Assembly (NCBI GenBank): GCA_018221045.1
Contig: JAAOXT010000017.1
Coordinates: 6,356-70,355 of the forward strand
Source: Nanobdellota archaeon
GTDB lineage: Archaea > Nanobdellota > Nanobdellia > JAAOXT01
DNA: 64,000 nucleotides
Direction: 5' to 3'
This document shows positions 17,369-27,733 of this stretch, one piece after another. Below the pieces are notes generated by a model. The model searched no databases. It was not told the DNA's origin and was given only the letters and a program-made list of their open reading frames with translations. Made by a program: the position numbers and the translations under genes. Numbering within the stretch: position 1 is the stretch's first letter; each line of letters begins with the position of its first letter.

Positions 17369-18430
17369 ATGTTTTTGCTGATATCAATAATGCTTTTTTT
17401 AGGGGGTTTAATCCCTTTTATCATAGTCAAGCGTTACGCGAAAACCAACAATAGCGTCCTGATTGTTGGCGGATTGGCGTGGGCTTGCGGCATGAGTCTC
17501 AAAGTGTTTATTAGTGTTTTATTAACTGTTTACGTGCCAAGCTTGTTCTACAATCCAACCATATTAATTGCTTACGCTATAATGATAGAATCCGCAGAAG
17601 TCTTGGCGGCGTACATTTTCCTTAAATATCTCCCTTCTTTCAAAAAAGTTAGTCTCAGGGATTTATTGGGTTTCGGCGCGGGTTTTGGTATTGGTGAGGC
17701 CTGGACTATCGCTTTTCTTTTAGCTTTACCTATAAGCTTTCCTTTCACGGGCTTCGTGTCAACGATGCCGATGTTCGAGCGTTTTTCGGCAATCCTTATT
17801 CACGCGACCTCAGCGGTTTTCATAGGTTTGTTCATAAAAAATAAAAAAAAGTTGGACGCTGTTTTCGGACTGTTATCAAAGACTTTATCAGTTACCCTAT
17901 TGGTTCTGCCTGGCGCGTTGCAAATCGCGGGTTTGGTGGGGGACAGCATTGTTTATTTCACTGAACTCTTCATCGGGTTATACGCAATCACTTGGTTAAT
18001 GATTCTTCTCAAAAGGTTGGGCAAGTTCAAGCTCGGCGAGGCTCGTGCCAAAATTGTTTTGAATAAGAAAAAAGTTGCTTTAATCCTGATAACTGTGTTT
18101 TTGTTTTGCATTCCTTTCAGACTGTTAGCTGCTTACCTGTTCTTTGACCAAGTAACGTCTGTTTTCGCGTTAACACTCTCCTTGTTTTTCATCTCCCTAG
18201 TTTTTTTGAAGAAGGGTTTTTGCAAGCTTGACACTATTCTTGGAGTCTTTTTGGGGGTTTGCCTGTCAACCTTTTTCAGGAATTTTTTGGGCGCGCTGGA
18301 GAACCCGTCGCTTTACGCTTTGATCGGCGTGAACGTGTTGTCAGCCCCGTTACTAGCTCTTTTCGGAACAATAATGGCCGGAGTTGCTGTAACACGTTTC
18401 AAGAACAGAAAATTTTTGTTAAAAAAATAA
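17369..18430 (+). CDS. polytopic membrane protein (possibly a CPBP/YhfC-like intramembrane protease)
   Basis: About 8 TM helices are predicted. Conserved charged residues lie within them ('ESAEVLAAY', 'GIGEAWTIAF', 'ILIHATSAVF'). The family assignment is weak. Confidence 0.4.
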   Translation: MFLLISIMLFLGGLIPFIIVKRYAKTNNSVLIVGGLAWACGMSLKVFISVLLTVYVPSLFYNPTILIAYAIMIESAEVLAAYIFLKYLPSFKKVSLRDLLGFGAGFGIGEAWTIAFLLALPISFPFTGFVSTMPMFERFSAILIHATSAVFIGLFIKNKKKLDAVFGLLSKTLSVTLLVLPGALQIAGLVGDSIVYFTELFIGLYAITWLMILLKRLGKFKLGEARAKIVLNKKKVALILITVFLFCIPFRLLAAYLFFDQVTSVFALTLSLFFISLVFLKKGFCKLDTILGVFLGVCLSTFFRNFLGALENPSLYALIGVNVLSAPLLALFGTIMAGVAVTRFKNRKFLLKK

Positions 18431-18437
18431 ATTGTTT

Positions 18438-19037
18438 CTAACGTGATTTATCCCATTCCTCTCTTGGAGTGATAATAGAATTTGTCGTCCCGTTCCACTC
18501 CTCAACATGCCCCCGCTTATCAACTAGGACGAGGTAACCACCTGTTAAGGAATGGTATTCGCTTACAAGAATCATTAACGCTCTCCTGAACTCGGTTGCC
18601 ACCCACCTTATTTTTCGTTCACCTTCATCCAATCTCTCGAACATTTTTTGGTCAGGTCGCTTTAGTTTAACCAACTTGCCAGCCAATTCCAAAAACTTTT
18701 TCATAAAATCTTTTTCCACCAAAGGCAATAAAAACGTGGACACAGGGTCTTTCATCAACTGTTTTTTCTTCATTTTTTTCTTATAAAAATCTTTTATTCT
18801 CTTCACGTCAATCGTTATGCCTTCAGCGAGTTCTGGTTCCAACGCGCCATGTCCCAATAAATCCCTGACGTAAGATATGTTTTGAAGGAACGCTCCTATC
18901 CCATCGCAAAAAAAGGTTTTTGAGTGCAATAATCTTTTCTTCAGTTCTTTAACCTTTTTTTTTTGCTCTCCTGTCAGTTTTCTTTTCTCTTCTCTAGTGA
19001 AATCCGGCACGCTTTTTTTCCTGCTAAACCAAGCCAT
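18438..19037 (-). CDS. hypothetical protein
   Basis: 199-aa ORF with a K/E-rich N-terminus. Confidence 0.4.
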   Translation of the reverse strand: MAWFSRKKSVPDFTREEKRKLTGEQKKKVKELKKRLLHSKTFFCDGIGAFLQNISYVRDLLGHGALEPELAEGITIDVKRIKDFYKKKMKKKQLMKDPVSTFLLPLVEKDFMKKFLELAGKLVKLKRPDQKMFERLDEGERKIRWVATEFRRALMILVSEYHSLTGGYLVLVDKRGHVEEWNGTTNSIITPREEWDKSR

Positions 19038-19042
19038 TTTTT

Positions 19043-19519
19043 TTACTCCTTTTTCTCATTTTTTTCAGATGGATAATTATGCTTTTTTCCTTCTTTATCA
19101 ATTATTATCACTCTTTCACGTTTCTTGTTAAAATACTGCTCCGCCAGTTTTTTAAAGTTCACGCCAAATTCTTCGGCAACTTCACACATCTCTTCGTACA
19201 ATTCTTTTATTCGGTCCGAGTTATCCAGTTTGTTATTGATTATGAGTTCGAATTGCTCTATGAATTCTGGTAAGTTTTTTTTGACTACACTAAGACATTT
19301 TAGTGATTCGTCCTTGCTAAGATCCTTTTCCTTTATTCTCTCGTAGAACACCTTAATGTTTTCAACAACTTTTTTAGTTTCTTCAGCAAATGTTTCGTTG
19401 CCTTCCAAATAAAGTTCGGCTGACGTGTACACCATTTCCAATTCGCTGGTGAAACCTTTGTAATAAAATTTTTTTAACTTGTTTATCCTTTTCTTAAGCT
19501 TATCCCCAAACAATATCAT
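19043..19519 (-). CDS. hypothetical protein (predicted helical)
   Basis: 158-aa ORF co-oriented with 18438..19037 and 5 nt from it. Confidence 0.4.
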   Translation of the reverse strand: MILFGDKLKKRINKLKKFYYKGFTSELEMVYTSAELYLEGNETFAEETKKVVENIKVFYERIKEKDLSKDESLKCLSVVKKNLPEFIEQFELIINNKLDNSDRIKELYEEMCEVAEEFGVNFKKLAEQYFNKKRERVIIIDKEGKKHNYPSEKNEKKE

Positions 19520-19548
19520 GAATATTGTAAAGGTTCAGCGTTATTTAT

Positions 19549-21300
19549 TTACTTTACTGTGACGCTCTTAGCAAGGTTTCTCGGGAAATCCGGGTTGTTC
19601 CCGCGAAGAATTGACGTGTAATAGGAAAGCAATTGGAATATTATCGTAAATATTAAAGGATAAAGTTCTGGTAAGGTTTTAGGGACTTTAAGGAATTCAT
19701 CGAAGACTTCGTGCTTCTCATCCCCAAACCCTATCAAGTACCCCCCTCTGGCCTTAACCTCTTGTGCTCCGCTGATTGTTTCGTGAAAGAACTCGTTTTT
19801 CGGTGCGAAAACCATGACTGGAACCCCTTTTTCTATTAATGCGAGCGTGCCGTGCTTGAGCTCGCCGGCAGGCATTCCCTCTGCGTGGATATAAGATATT
19901 TCTTTCAGTTTAAGCGCTGCTTCAAGCGCTGTAGGATAGTTCAAACCCTTGCCAAGGAAGTAAACATCATTAGCATTCCTTATTTTTTCAGCAATTCTCC
20001 TGATCAACCCTTCTTTTTTGAGCATTTCTTCCAACTTATTTGAAAGAGTGATTAACTCGTCCTTGAGTTCAGGCATTGCCATTAAGTAAAGCACTGCGAG
20101 CTGCCCTGTAAAAGCTTTGGTTGACGCCACGCCTATCTCAGGTCCTGCGTAAATGTAAATCGTGTCATCGCTTATCCTGGTTAGCGTTGAACCAGGTCCA
20201 TTGATTATTGAGAAAACCTTCGCCCCATTTTTTTTTGATTCTCTAACAGCTTCTATAAGGTCTGCGGTTTCCCCTGACTGAGATATCGCAACGACCACTG
20301 TATCATCATCCACCATATTGATAATGTTTTTGTACTCGCTTGCTATAACGCACTCAGAGCCAATCCCTTTTCTGGCTAAGAGTTGTTTGCCAATCATTGA
20401 CGCATGGTAAGACGTGCCTGCAGCTATGAAGTAAACTCTTCTGGCTTGTTTTATTTCACGCAAAGTATTGTTAAGTTTCTGCATGTTTTGGTTCAACGCT
20501 TGGCGCAAAGTAGTTGGTTGTTCAAAAATTTCTTTCAGCATGAAATGCGGGAAACCCGTTTTCTCTGCTTGCTCAACATTCCAGTCTATGCGCTGAATTT
20601 GTTTAACCTCTTCTCTGCAGGTTTCAAGGTTGTAAATGCTTATCGCGTCTTTGGTTATCACTGCCACGTCATGATTCTTTAGGAACACCGCTTTTCTGGA
20701 GTGTTTCAGGAATGCTGGAACGTCAGAAGCTATAAAGTTCTCTCCTTCACCCACGCCTATGACGAGTGGACTGTCTTTACGAACAGCTATTATCTTGTCA
20801 GGCTCGCCCGCGTAAAGAGCTAGCAATGCAAAAGAACCCTTAAGCTCTCCCACTGACTTGATAACAGAATCATAAAAAGTGTTTCCTAAATCCAGATATT
20901 TTTCTATGAGGTGCGCAACCACTTCTGAATCCGTATCTGACTTAAAACCGTGGCCCAATCTTTTTAATTGATCTTTAAGTTCTAAAAAATTTTCTATTAT
21001 CCCATTGTGGACTATAACCACTTTTCCAGTGCAGTCGAAATGCGGGTGAGAGTTATCGTCAGTTACTCCTCCATGAGTAGCCCATCTCGTATGAGCTATC
21101 CCTACGTTCCCTTTAAGCTCTTGAAAATCAAGCCTATCGTTAACGAGGTCCACTCTGCCGATTCCTTTTCGGGCTCGCAATTCTTTATCAAAAACGGCCA
21201 TGCCTACGGAATCATAACCTCTATACTCCAGTTTCCGTAAAGAATCAAGCATTACTGAAGAAGCTTTCTTGCTTCCGATGTATCCAATTATCCCGCACAT
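19549..21300 (-). CDS. glmS: glutamine--fructose-6-phosphate aminotransferase (isomerizing)
   Basis: The N-terminal 'MCGIIGYIG' is the Ntn class-II GATase motif. Two SIS domains follow. The protein is 583 aa. Confidence 0.9.
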   Translation of the reverse strand: MCGIIGYIGSKKASSVMLDSLRKLEYRGYDSVGMAVFDKELRARKGIGRVDLVNDRLDFQELKGNVGIAHTRWATHGGVTDDNSHPHFDCTGKVVIVHNGIIENFLELKDQLKRLGHGFKSDTDSEVVAHLIEKYLDLGNTFYDSVIKSVGELKGSFALLALYAGEPDKIIAVRKDSPLVIGVGEGENFIASDVPAFLKHSRKAVFLKNHDVAVITKDAISIYNLETCREEVKQIQRIDWNVEQAEKTGFPHFMLKEIFEQPTTLRQALNQNMQKLNNTLREIKQARRVYFIAAGTSYHASMIGKQLLARKGIGSECVIASEYKNIINMVDDDTVVVAISQSGETADLIEAVRESKKNGAKVFSIINGPGSTLTRISDDTIYIYAGPEIGVASTKAFTGQLAVLYLMAMPELKDELITLSNKLEEMLKKEGLIRRIAEKIRNANDVYFLGKGLNYPTALEAALKLKEISYIHAEGMPAGELKHGTLALIEKGVPVMVFAPKNEFFHETISGAQEVKARGGYLIGFGDEKHEVFDEFLKVPKTLPELYPLIFTIIFQLLSYYTSILRGNNPDFPRNLAKSVTVK

Positions 21301-21467
21301 TATCGTATTAACTGGTTTTAGAACTTTTAAAAGCTTAATTCATAAAACTCTTGTAATGGTACCAGATAATTCTTGAAAAAATGGCTAAAAAACCGATTTT
21401 TAAACCATTTTTCGTATAACCATTATAAAAAACTATATAAACGTTAAGAAATACTGTTTTTTTTGTT

Positions 21468-22409
21468 ATGAAGCTGTTGTTTGAAGAGGGCGAAAAATTG
21501 TTCGTTAAAGACATAAAGATTTTTGACGATCCTGAAACCATCAAGCCTTTATTGAATAGTGTTAGGTGGAGGATTCTCGGCATGCTCGCTGAAAAACCCA
21601 TGTACCCTGGAGAATTAGCCAAAACAATGAAAATGCATGAACAAAAGGTTTACTATCATGTTAAACAATTGAGCAACGCGGGTCTTATCACGATTGTTAA
21701 GAAAAAAGAGTTTAAAGGAGCTTTAGCAAAGTATTATCAGACAAGTTTTCCCGCTTTTGGAGTCCAACTTCCTTTTGGCAAGAAGAGGCTGTCCAACGTT
21801 TTCTTGAATAAGGAGAACGAGAAGTTATCCAATTTTTTCCGTTCTTTCATCAAGGACGATGAGTTGAACGCTAAGATTGTTGTTGGTTCGCCCGATCCTC
21901 ACGGCCCTTTCAAAGCTCATGCTAGGGATGGGCATTACGCTATTGACTTGGCAATGTTCTTAGGACAATTATGTAAGTTGCCCAAAGATTTTAGCGTGAA
22001 ATTAGACGTGGACCTCATTGCTGAAAAAGAGGAGAAAAATAATTTGATAGTGGTTGGAGGTCCTGTGACCAACCGCGTTACAGCCATGCTTAACGACTAT
22101 TTGCCTGTCAAGTTTGTTGGTAAGGATTGGGCTTGGGGTATTCAAACAAGCAAAGGAGATATTCGCAGAGAAGATAAAGCTGGTTTTATCACTCGCGTCA
22201 AAAACCCTTGGGATGAGTCGAAGCGCGTTATAGTCATTGCTGGAAACAGGGTTATCGGGACTAAGAGCGCGGTTATTGGCCTAACCCGAAATTATGATAG
22301 GGTATTGCGCAATTTTGACAAACAAGACTCGTGGTCTTGCGTGGTTGAAGGTTTTGACATGTCTGGCAACGGTAAAGTTGACACTGTTGAAGTCCTGGAG
22401 GCCGGGTGA
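21468..22409 (+). CDS. winged-HTH DNA-binding protein with an uncharacterised C-terminal domain
   Basis: The N-terminal 'RWRILGMLAEKPMYPGELAKTMKMHEQKVYYHVKQLSNAGLI' is an ArsR/TrmB-like wHTH. The C-terminal 200 aa are unassigned. Confidence 0.55.
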   Translation: MKLLFEEGEKLFVKDIKIFDDPETIKPLLNSVRWRILGMLAEKPMYPGELAKTMKMHEQKVYYHVKQLSNAGLITIVKKKEFKGALAKYYQTSFPAFGVQLPFGKKRLSNVFLNKENEKLSNFFRSFIKDDELNAKIVVGSPDPHGPFKAHARDGHYAIDLAMFLGQLCKLPKDFSVKLDVDLIAEKEEKNNLIVVGGPVTNRVTAMLNDYLPVKFVGKDWAWGIQTSKGDIRREDKAGFITRVKNPWDESKRVIVIAGNRVIGTKSAVIGLTRNYDRVLRNFDKQDSWSCVVEGFDMSGNGKVDTVEVLEAG

Positions 22410-23426
22410 ATGAGGATTTTTTACGCTGATAAGAAGCGAGGCGCAAAAGTCAAGATTGACAACTTAGATGATTTATGGTACGTGTTCCAAATAGTGGACA
22501 AAGGAGATTTGGTTGGCGGGGAAACCACTCGAAGCGTTAGAAAGCATGAGTTGCAGGACGCCAAGCGAATAAAGCTTTTCGTAAAAATTGAGGTGGAGAA
22601 AGTTGATTTTGAGCAATTCTCCCCAACCCTCCGGGTTAGTGGAAAAATCCTTGTTGGCCCTGAAGACATTAGCAGGGGCCACCATTCCCTGCGCGTGGGC
22701 AAGGGCTCGCTGATAACCATTGAAAAAAACGAGTGGGATGACTTTCAGGTAGAAATTCTTAAGCGAGCCGAAAGAGAGTCTAAAAAACCTCAAGTTTTGA
22801 TCTGTGCTTTTGAGGTGGGCAAAGCCAGTTTTGGCGTGATGACCAGCCAAGGACTTAAAAAAGCAGGAGAGTTCCGCGAACCAATTTCTCGAAGAGAGAA
22901 AAATTATGAGAAAAAGAAAGAGCAGTTTTACAAGGATTTGTGGAAAAAAACCGTTGAAGTAATGGATGGGTTGAGTGTTGAAAAAGTGATTATGGCTGGA
23001 ACTGGTTTCAACTCGGATAACATGATAGACATCGTTAAGCCTAAAGCTTACTTTGATAAGGTGAACGATTCTGATTGGAAGGGGGTGCTGGAAGTGCTTA
23101 GGAGGGGAACCATCAAAAAAGTTGTTGCTTCTTCTCGCTTGGAATTGGAAGAGTCATTGATCAAAAATTTTTTGGAGCACTTAGAGAAGGATGATGGGCT
23201 CAGCGTTTACGGCTTGAAAGAAGTGCGTGAAGCTGGTGGCGCGGGGGCGGTGAAAGAACTATTGGTGATGGACGGAAAAGTGCATGACACTGACATTAAA
23301 TCCTTGATTAAACTAGTGGAGAAGGGTAAGGGTAAAGTTCACATTTTTTCCTCTAACTCCGAATCGGGCGATAACTTGAAAGGTTTTGGCGGAGTGGCTG
23401 GCGTTCTCAGATACAATTATAAATAA
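22410..23426 (+). CDS. pelA: Pelota/Dom34 ribosome rescue factor
   Basis: 'VKIDNLDDLWYVFQIVDKGDLVGGETTRSV' is the Pelota N-terminal signature. The three-domain eRF1-like length is 338 aa. Confidence 0.75.
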   Translation: MRIFYADKKRGAKVKIDNLDDLWYVFQIVDKGDLVGGETTRSVRKHELQDAKRIKLFVKIEVEKVDFEQFSPTLRVSGKILVGPEDISRGHHSLRVGKGSLITIEKNEWDDFQVEILKRAERESKKPQVLICAFEVGKASFGVMTSQGLKKAGEFREPISRREKNYEKKKEQFYKDLWKKTVEVMDGLSVEKVIMAGTGFNSDNMIDIVKPKAYFDKVNDSDWKGVLEVLRRGTIKKVVASSRLELEESLIKNFLEHLEKDDGLSVYGLKEVREAGGAGAVKELLVMDGKVHDTDIKSLIKLVEKGKGKVHIFSSNSESGDNLKGFGGVAGVLRYNYK

Positions 23427-23441
23427 TGTTTTCTAAAGGTA

Positions 23442-23708
23442 TTGTTCATGGTTGACCTTAAAGTTGATTATGATAGAAAGTCTTCCAGACTAGAACTCTT
23501 CGTAAGAATTGTTTACAGCATAATACTGTCAATAATTCTTGGGTTGTGGGGTTTCGTTGCAGGAATTTTGATGACGGTGCAATGGTTAGTGATTCTCGTT
23601 ACTGGTGAAAGAGACAAATGGCTGCACGACCACATTGATAGCTATTTGCAGTTCTTGTTCAAATCCAATATTTACTTGAGCCTGCTATCAGATGAAAGAC
23701 CTTTATAA
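23442..23708 (+). CDS. small membrane protein
   Basis: 88 aa with two predicted TM helices. Confidence 0.35.
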   Translation: MFMVDLKVDYDRKSSRLELFVRIVYSIILSIILGLWGFVAGILMTVQWLVILVTGERDKWLHDHIDSYLQFLFKSNIYLSLLSDERPL

Positions 23709-23842
23709 ACTAACAATTTTTTTTAATTGTTTTTCTAGTTCTGTTAGCGTTTAGTCTCTTTTCTTCGCGAGAACCGCGCGTGCACAGCAAAAATAAAGAA
23801 TTTAAATTAAAAGTGCTCAAGCATAAACTTTAAAAAAAGAGT

Positions 23843-24154
23843 TTGTTCATATTTTCTTTTATGGTAAGAATATCAAAAGACCTTGCAGTTGCTTGCAAGA
23901 TATTTGAAATAACTGAGAGAGGGGAACGAGCAGACTTTAATAAGATTTGCAGTGAATTAGAAGGAATCATTAGTAAAAAAGAAATTCCTGCAACATTAGT
24001 AAGTCTTAAGGACTGGCAGATAATGGAAAAATTGCCAGGCGAGCAAGCCGGAAAAACCATGATATTCTACTCTATTAAAAGCTGTTCAGTCAATATGATT
24101 GAAGAAACTTACAGCATGATTGGTGGAAAAATCACTTCTAGTGTTGTTTCTTAA
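23843..24154 (+). CDS. hypothetical protein
   Basis: 103-aa ORF. Confidence 0.3.
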   Translation: MFIFSFMVRISKDLAVACKIFEITERGERADFNKICSELEGIISKKEIPATLVSLKDWQIMEKLPGEQAGKTMIFYSIKSCSVNMIEETYSMIGGKITSSVVS

Positions 24155-24195
24155 TCTTATTCTTTGTTAAACTTTTTATACGCGCGTTTCCAATA

Positions 24196-25416
24196 ATGTT
24201 ATTCATGCAATTATTGTTAGTGATTCTTGATGGGTTGGGAGACTTGCCTATCAAAAATTTTGGCGGAAAAACCCCGCTGGAAGCTGCGCGCACACCGTTC
24301 ATGGACTCGTTCGCAGATAAAGGTGAGACTGGGCTAATGTTTTCTATGGGTAGAGGCGTCACTCCTACGAGCGGGCAGGCCTTCACGAACATGATGGGGT
24401 ACGACGTGAAAACCTCTAGGGGGGCTGCAGAAACCCTTGGAATAGGGGTTTTATTAAAAGATAATGAAGTGGGTTTTAGAACGGATTTCGGGCACTGCCA
24501 AAAAGGGATTGTTAAGGACAGGAGGGCTGGCAGGATAAACGAAGTTGAAGCGGAAAAACTGGGTAAAGAATTGAACCAAAAAATTGGGGTTGTCAACGGG
24601 GTTGAAGTAGTTTTCAAACAAACTCTCGCGCACCGCGGAATCCTAATTCTTCACAGTGACAAAAAGTTGTCCGCGAACGTCTCCAACACGGACCCTCACA
24701 TGCCTGGCAGAAAACTCAAGACTTGCAAGTCGTTAGATAAATCGCGAGAAGCCGGGTTCACTGCAAGAACCGTTAACCTCGTCTCAAGAAAGGCGTCAAA
24801 AATTTTGGAGAAATCAGTGGTCAACGCTGAAAGAAAGAAAAAAGGTTTGATGACCGCGAACTGCTTGCTATTAAGAGGTGCTGGTTCAAAACTTCCTGAC
24901 GTGAAATCCCTACCAATAAAATACAAGAAGTTCTGGGCAGCCATTGTCAGAGAGCCCGTGGAAAGAGGTATCGCTCACTACCTTGGAATGAACGTTGTCG
25001 ACGTGAGCAGTCCTGAACGCGACGTGAAATCAGACCTTATCGAAAAACTCCGCGGGTTAAAGCACAACATGGACGAGTATGACTGCGTGGTAGTGCACAT
25101 CAAAGGGCCTGACGAGCCAGGGCATGACGGTGACCCTGAAAGAAAGAAGAAAGCGATTGAACTCGTTGACAAAGTGTTCTTCAAAAACGTTGCAGAATGG
25201 TTTGACCCTAAAGAAACGTTGCTGTGCGTGACGAGTGATCACAGCACGCCTTGCTCTAAGAAAGCTCACTCCGCGGACCCAGTGCCTTTGTTATTGTACG
25301 GTAAGGGCGCGAAAAAGGACGGGGTAAAAGCGTTCAGCGAAAAGCAAGCGAGAAAAGGAAGTGTTGGAGTGATAAACGGGTTGGACTTGATGCCTTTGCT
25401 GATGAAGAGAATTTAG
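24196..25416 (+). CDS. apgM: 2,3-bisphosphoglycerate-independent phosphoglycerate mutase, archaeal type
   Basis: 'LLLVILDGLGD' and 'VTSDHSTPC...HSADPVPLL' are hallmarks of archaeal ApgM. The protein is 406 aa. Confidence 0.85.
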   Translation: MLFMQLLLVILDGLGDLPIKNFGGKTPLEAARTPFMDSFADKGETGLMFSMGRGVTPTSGQAFTNMMGYDVKTSRGAAETLGIGVLLKDNEVGFRTDFGHCQKGIVKDRRAGRINEVEAEKLGKELNQKIGVVNGVEVVFKQTLAHRGILILHSDKKLSANVSNTDPHMPGRKLKTCKSLDKSREAGFTARTVNLVSRKASKILEKSVVNAERKKKGLMTANCLLLRGAGSKLPDVKSLPIKYKKFWAAIVREPVERGIAHYLGMNVVDVSSPERDVKSDLIEKLRGLKHNMDEYDCVVVHIKGPDEPGHDGDPERKKKAIELVDKVFFKNVAEWFDPKETLLCVTSDHSTPCSKKAHSADPVPLLLYGKGAKKDGVKAFSEKQARKGSVGVINGLDLMPLLMKRI

Positions 25417-27716
25417 CGCTTTTTCTTCTTCAATTCTTTTTCTATCTTGGCCACCCTCAACATTGTTTCTATGGCTACGTCAGGGTTCACTGATATGGAG
25501 TCAATTCCCCAGTTAACCAGCCATTCCACGTATTCGGGGAAGTCTGATGGTGCCTGGCCGCAAATACCGACTTGTTTGTAAGGCTTGTGAGCGTGCGCCT
25601 TCTTTATTAATTGGCGGATCAATTCTTTGACCGCTGGGTCTCGCTCATCAAACTCTTTTATGAGTTGCTCGCTGTCCCTGTCAATACCAAGAGTGAGCTG
25701 GGTGAGGTCGTTTGAACCAATGCTGAAGCCGTCGAAGTGTTTGGCGAACTCGTGTGCTGAAATAATGTTCGACGGTATTTCCGCCATCACGTACACTTCC
25801 AATCCTTTCCTGCCTCGCTCAAGTCCTTCGCTTTCCATTATTTTAAGCACTGAAGTCGCTTCTTTTATCGTCCTGCAGAATGGAATCATTACTTTAACGT
25901 TAGTGAGCTTCATGTTTTCTCTAACCTTTTTTATTGCTCTTAGTTCAAGCCTGAAGGCGGGCTCGAATTCAGGGCTGGTGTACCTGGAAGCTCCTCGCCA
26001 GCCAAGCATGGGATTATCCTCAACAGGCTCGTACTCTTCTCCTCCTTCAAGTCCGCGGTACTCGTTCGTCTTGAAATCACTGAACCTGACGATGACTGGC
26101 CTCGGGTAGAACCCGGCAGCGATTCTGGCGATGCCTCTTGCGAGTTGGTCAATGAAGAATTGTGACTTACCCTGCTTTATCAAGTGCAGGGGGTGTTGTC
26201 CTATGAAGCTTTGAATGATGAATTCTTCTCTGGCCAGTCCGACCCCGTCCACGGGTAGTTGTCCGATGTCGAAAGCCATGTCTGGTTCTCCGAGATTTAT
26301 CATGACTTTGGTTTTGGTTTTCGGAATTTTTTTAACATTAACTTTTTTTATCGTGAAGTCCAGTTTTCCTTTCCAAATCTTTCCTTCTTGTTTTGTGCAG
26401 TCCACCGTGACTTCCATTCCTGTTTTGAGTTTTTTGGTCGCGTTGCCGGTCCCGACTATGGCGGGAACACCTATTTCTCTGCTGACAATGGCTGCGTGCG
26501 CCGTCCTGCCTCCTTCGTTAGTGATTATGGCTGACGCTTTTTTCATGATTGGCTCCCAGTCCGGGTCGGTCATGACTGTGACCAGGATTTCTCCTTGTTG
26601 AAAAGAGTGGATTTTCTTGACGTTGTTAATAACTTTTACCTTGCCTGTCGCGATTTTCCGTCCAATGCTCATCCCGTTGACCAAGACTTTGCTTTTTTGT
26701 TTGAGCTTGTACGTTTTCAGCACGGCTTTTTTCTGGCTTTGAACTGTTTCGGGCCGGGCTTGAACAATGTATAATTTGTTGGTGAGCCCGTCTTTCGCCC
26801 ATTCCAAGTCCATTGGTCGCTTGTAATGTTTTTCAACTGTTCCAGAATACTTGGCTATTTCCAGTATCTCTTCGTTCGTGAGCACGAAAACATTTCTTTT
26901 AGCCTCGCTTACCTTTTTTCTTTTCACGCCTTTTCTACCGTAAACCTCCATTAGTTTCTTAGAGCCCATGATTTTATCTATTATGGTCATTGTGGGCTTG
27001 AACACGACGTACTCGTCTGGCGTGACTACTCCCTGCACGACGTAATCGCCTAGACCCCATGAAGCGTTGATTATTATGACTTTATCGTAACCGCTGTCCG
27101 GGTCAATGGTGAAACTTACTCCTGCGCTTGCAAGGTCGCTGCGAACCATCCTTTGCACTGCAACGCTCAAGTAAACTTTGAAATGGTCGAATCCTTTGTC
27201 CTGACGATATGAAATGGCGCGGTTCGTGAAGAGTGATGCGAAACAGTCCTTAACCTTTTTCAGCAAGTTTTTGTTTCCCTTCACGTTGAGGAATGATTCT
27301 TGCTGTCCTGCAAAACTCGCGGTCGGAAGGTCTTCTGCTGTTGCGGAACTCCTCACCGCGACGCTCATGTTTTCGCCGAGCATTTTGTAGTTGGCAAGAA
27401 TTTCTTTTTCCAAGTCTTTAGGAATCTTGGCTTTGCGAACCGCTTTTCTTATGCTGGCCCCGACACTCATTAGTTGTTTGATGTCGTGGGTGTCAAGGTC
27501 TTTGAGTTTTTCGTAAATGAATTCGTGCAGTCCTGCTTTGTCTATGAAATATTTGTAAGCTTGAGCAGTGATTGAGAATCCTTCTGGAATGGGAACCTTG
27601 GTTTTTTGAATCATTTCCCCTATGCTCGCGTTCTTTCCCCCGACTAAAGGAACGTCTTCAATGTCTGTTTCGTGGAACCATAGAATGAAAGATTTTTTTC
27701 TACCGGGCATCATCAT
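25413..27716 (-). CDS. ppsA: phosphoenolpyruvate synthase (pyruvate, water dikinase)
   Basis: 767 aa. The N-terminal 'DVPLVGGKNASIGEM' is the ATP-grasp motif. The central phosphohistidine domain has 'GGRTAHAAIVSREIG', and a C-terminal PEP-utilising TIM barrel follows. Confidence 0.9.
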   Translation of the reverse strand: MMMPGRKKSFILWFHETDIEDVPLVGGKNASIGEMIQKTKVPIPEGFSITAQAYKYFIDKAGLHEFIYEKLKDLDTHDIKQLMSVGASIRKAVRKAKIPKDLEKEILANYKMLGENMSVAVRSSATAEDLPTASFAGQQESFLNVKGNKNLLKKVKDCFASLFTNRAISYRQDKGFDHFKVYLSVAVQRMVRSDLASAGVSFTIDPDSGYDKVIIINASWGLGDYVVQGVVTPDEYVVFKPTMTIIDKIMGSKKLMEVYGRKGVKRKKVSEAKRNVFVLTNEEILEIAKYSGTVEKHYKRPMDLEWAKDGLTNKLYIVQARPETVQSQKKAVLKTYKLKQKSKVLVNGMSIGRKIATGKVKVINNVKKIHSFQQGEILVTVMTDPDWEPIMKKASAIITNEGGRTAHAAIVSREIGVPAIVGTGNATKKLKTGMEVTVDCTKQEGKIWKGKLDFTIKKVNVKKIPKTKTKVMINLGEPDMAFDIGQLPVDGVGLAREEFIIQSFIGQHPLHLIKQGKSQFFIDQLARGIARIAAGFYPRPVIVRFSDFKTNEYRGLEGGEEYEPVEDNPMLGWRGASRYTSPEFEPAFRLELRAIKKVRENMKLTNVKVMIPFCRTIKEATSVLKIMESEGLERGRKGLEVYVMAEIPSNIISAHEFAKHFDGFSIGSNDLTQLTLGIDRDSEQLIKEFDERDPAVKELIRQLIKKAHAHKPYKQVGICGQAPSDFPEYVEWLVNWGIDSISVNPDVAIETMLRVAKIEKELKKKKR

Positions 27717-27733
27717 TATTCAGTGCTTAATCA

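Noticed and set aside
21335-21622. 95-aa minus-strand ORF overlapping the start of the wHTH gene
   Set aside because: It overlaps the promoter and 5' end of a well-supported gene and has no motif. Likely spurious.
25627-26601. Several 90-160-aa ORFs on the plus strand within ppsA
   Set aside because: They are antisense to a 767-aa PEP synthase with strong motifs, and are Ser/Leu-rich artefacts.
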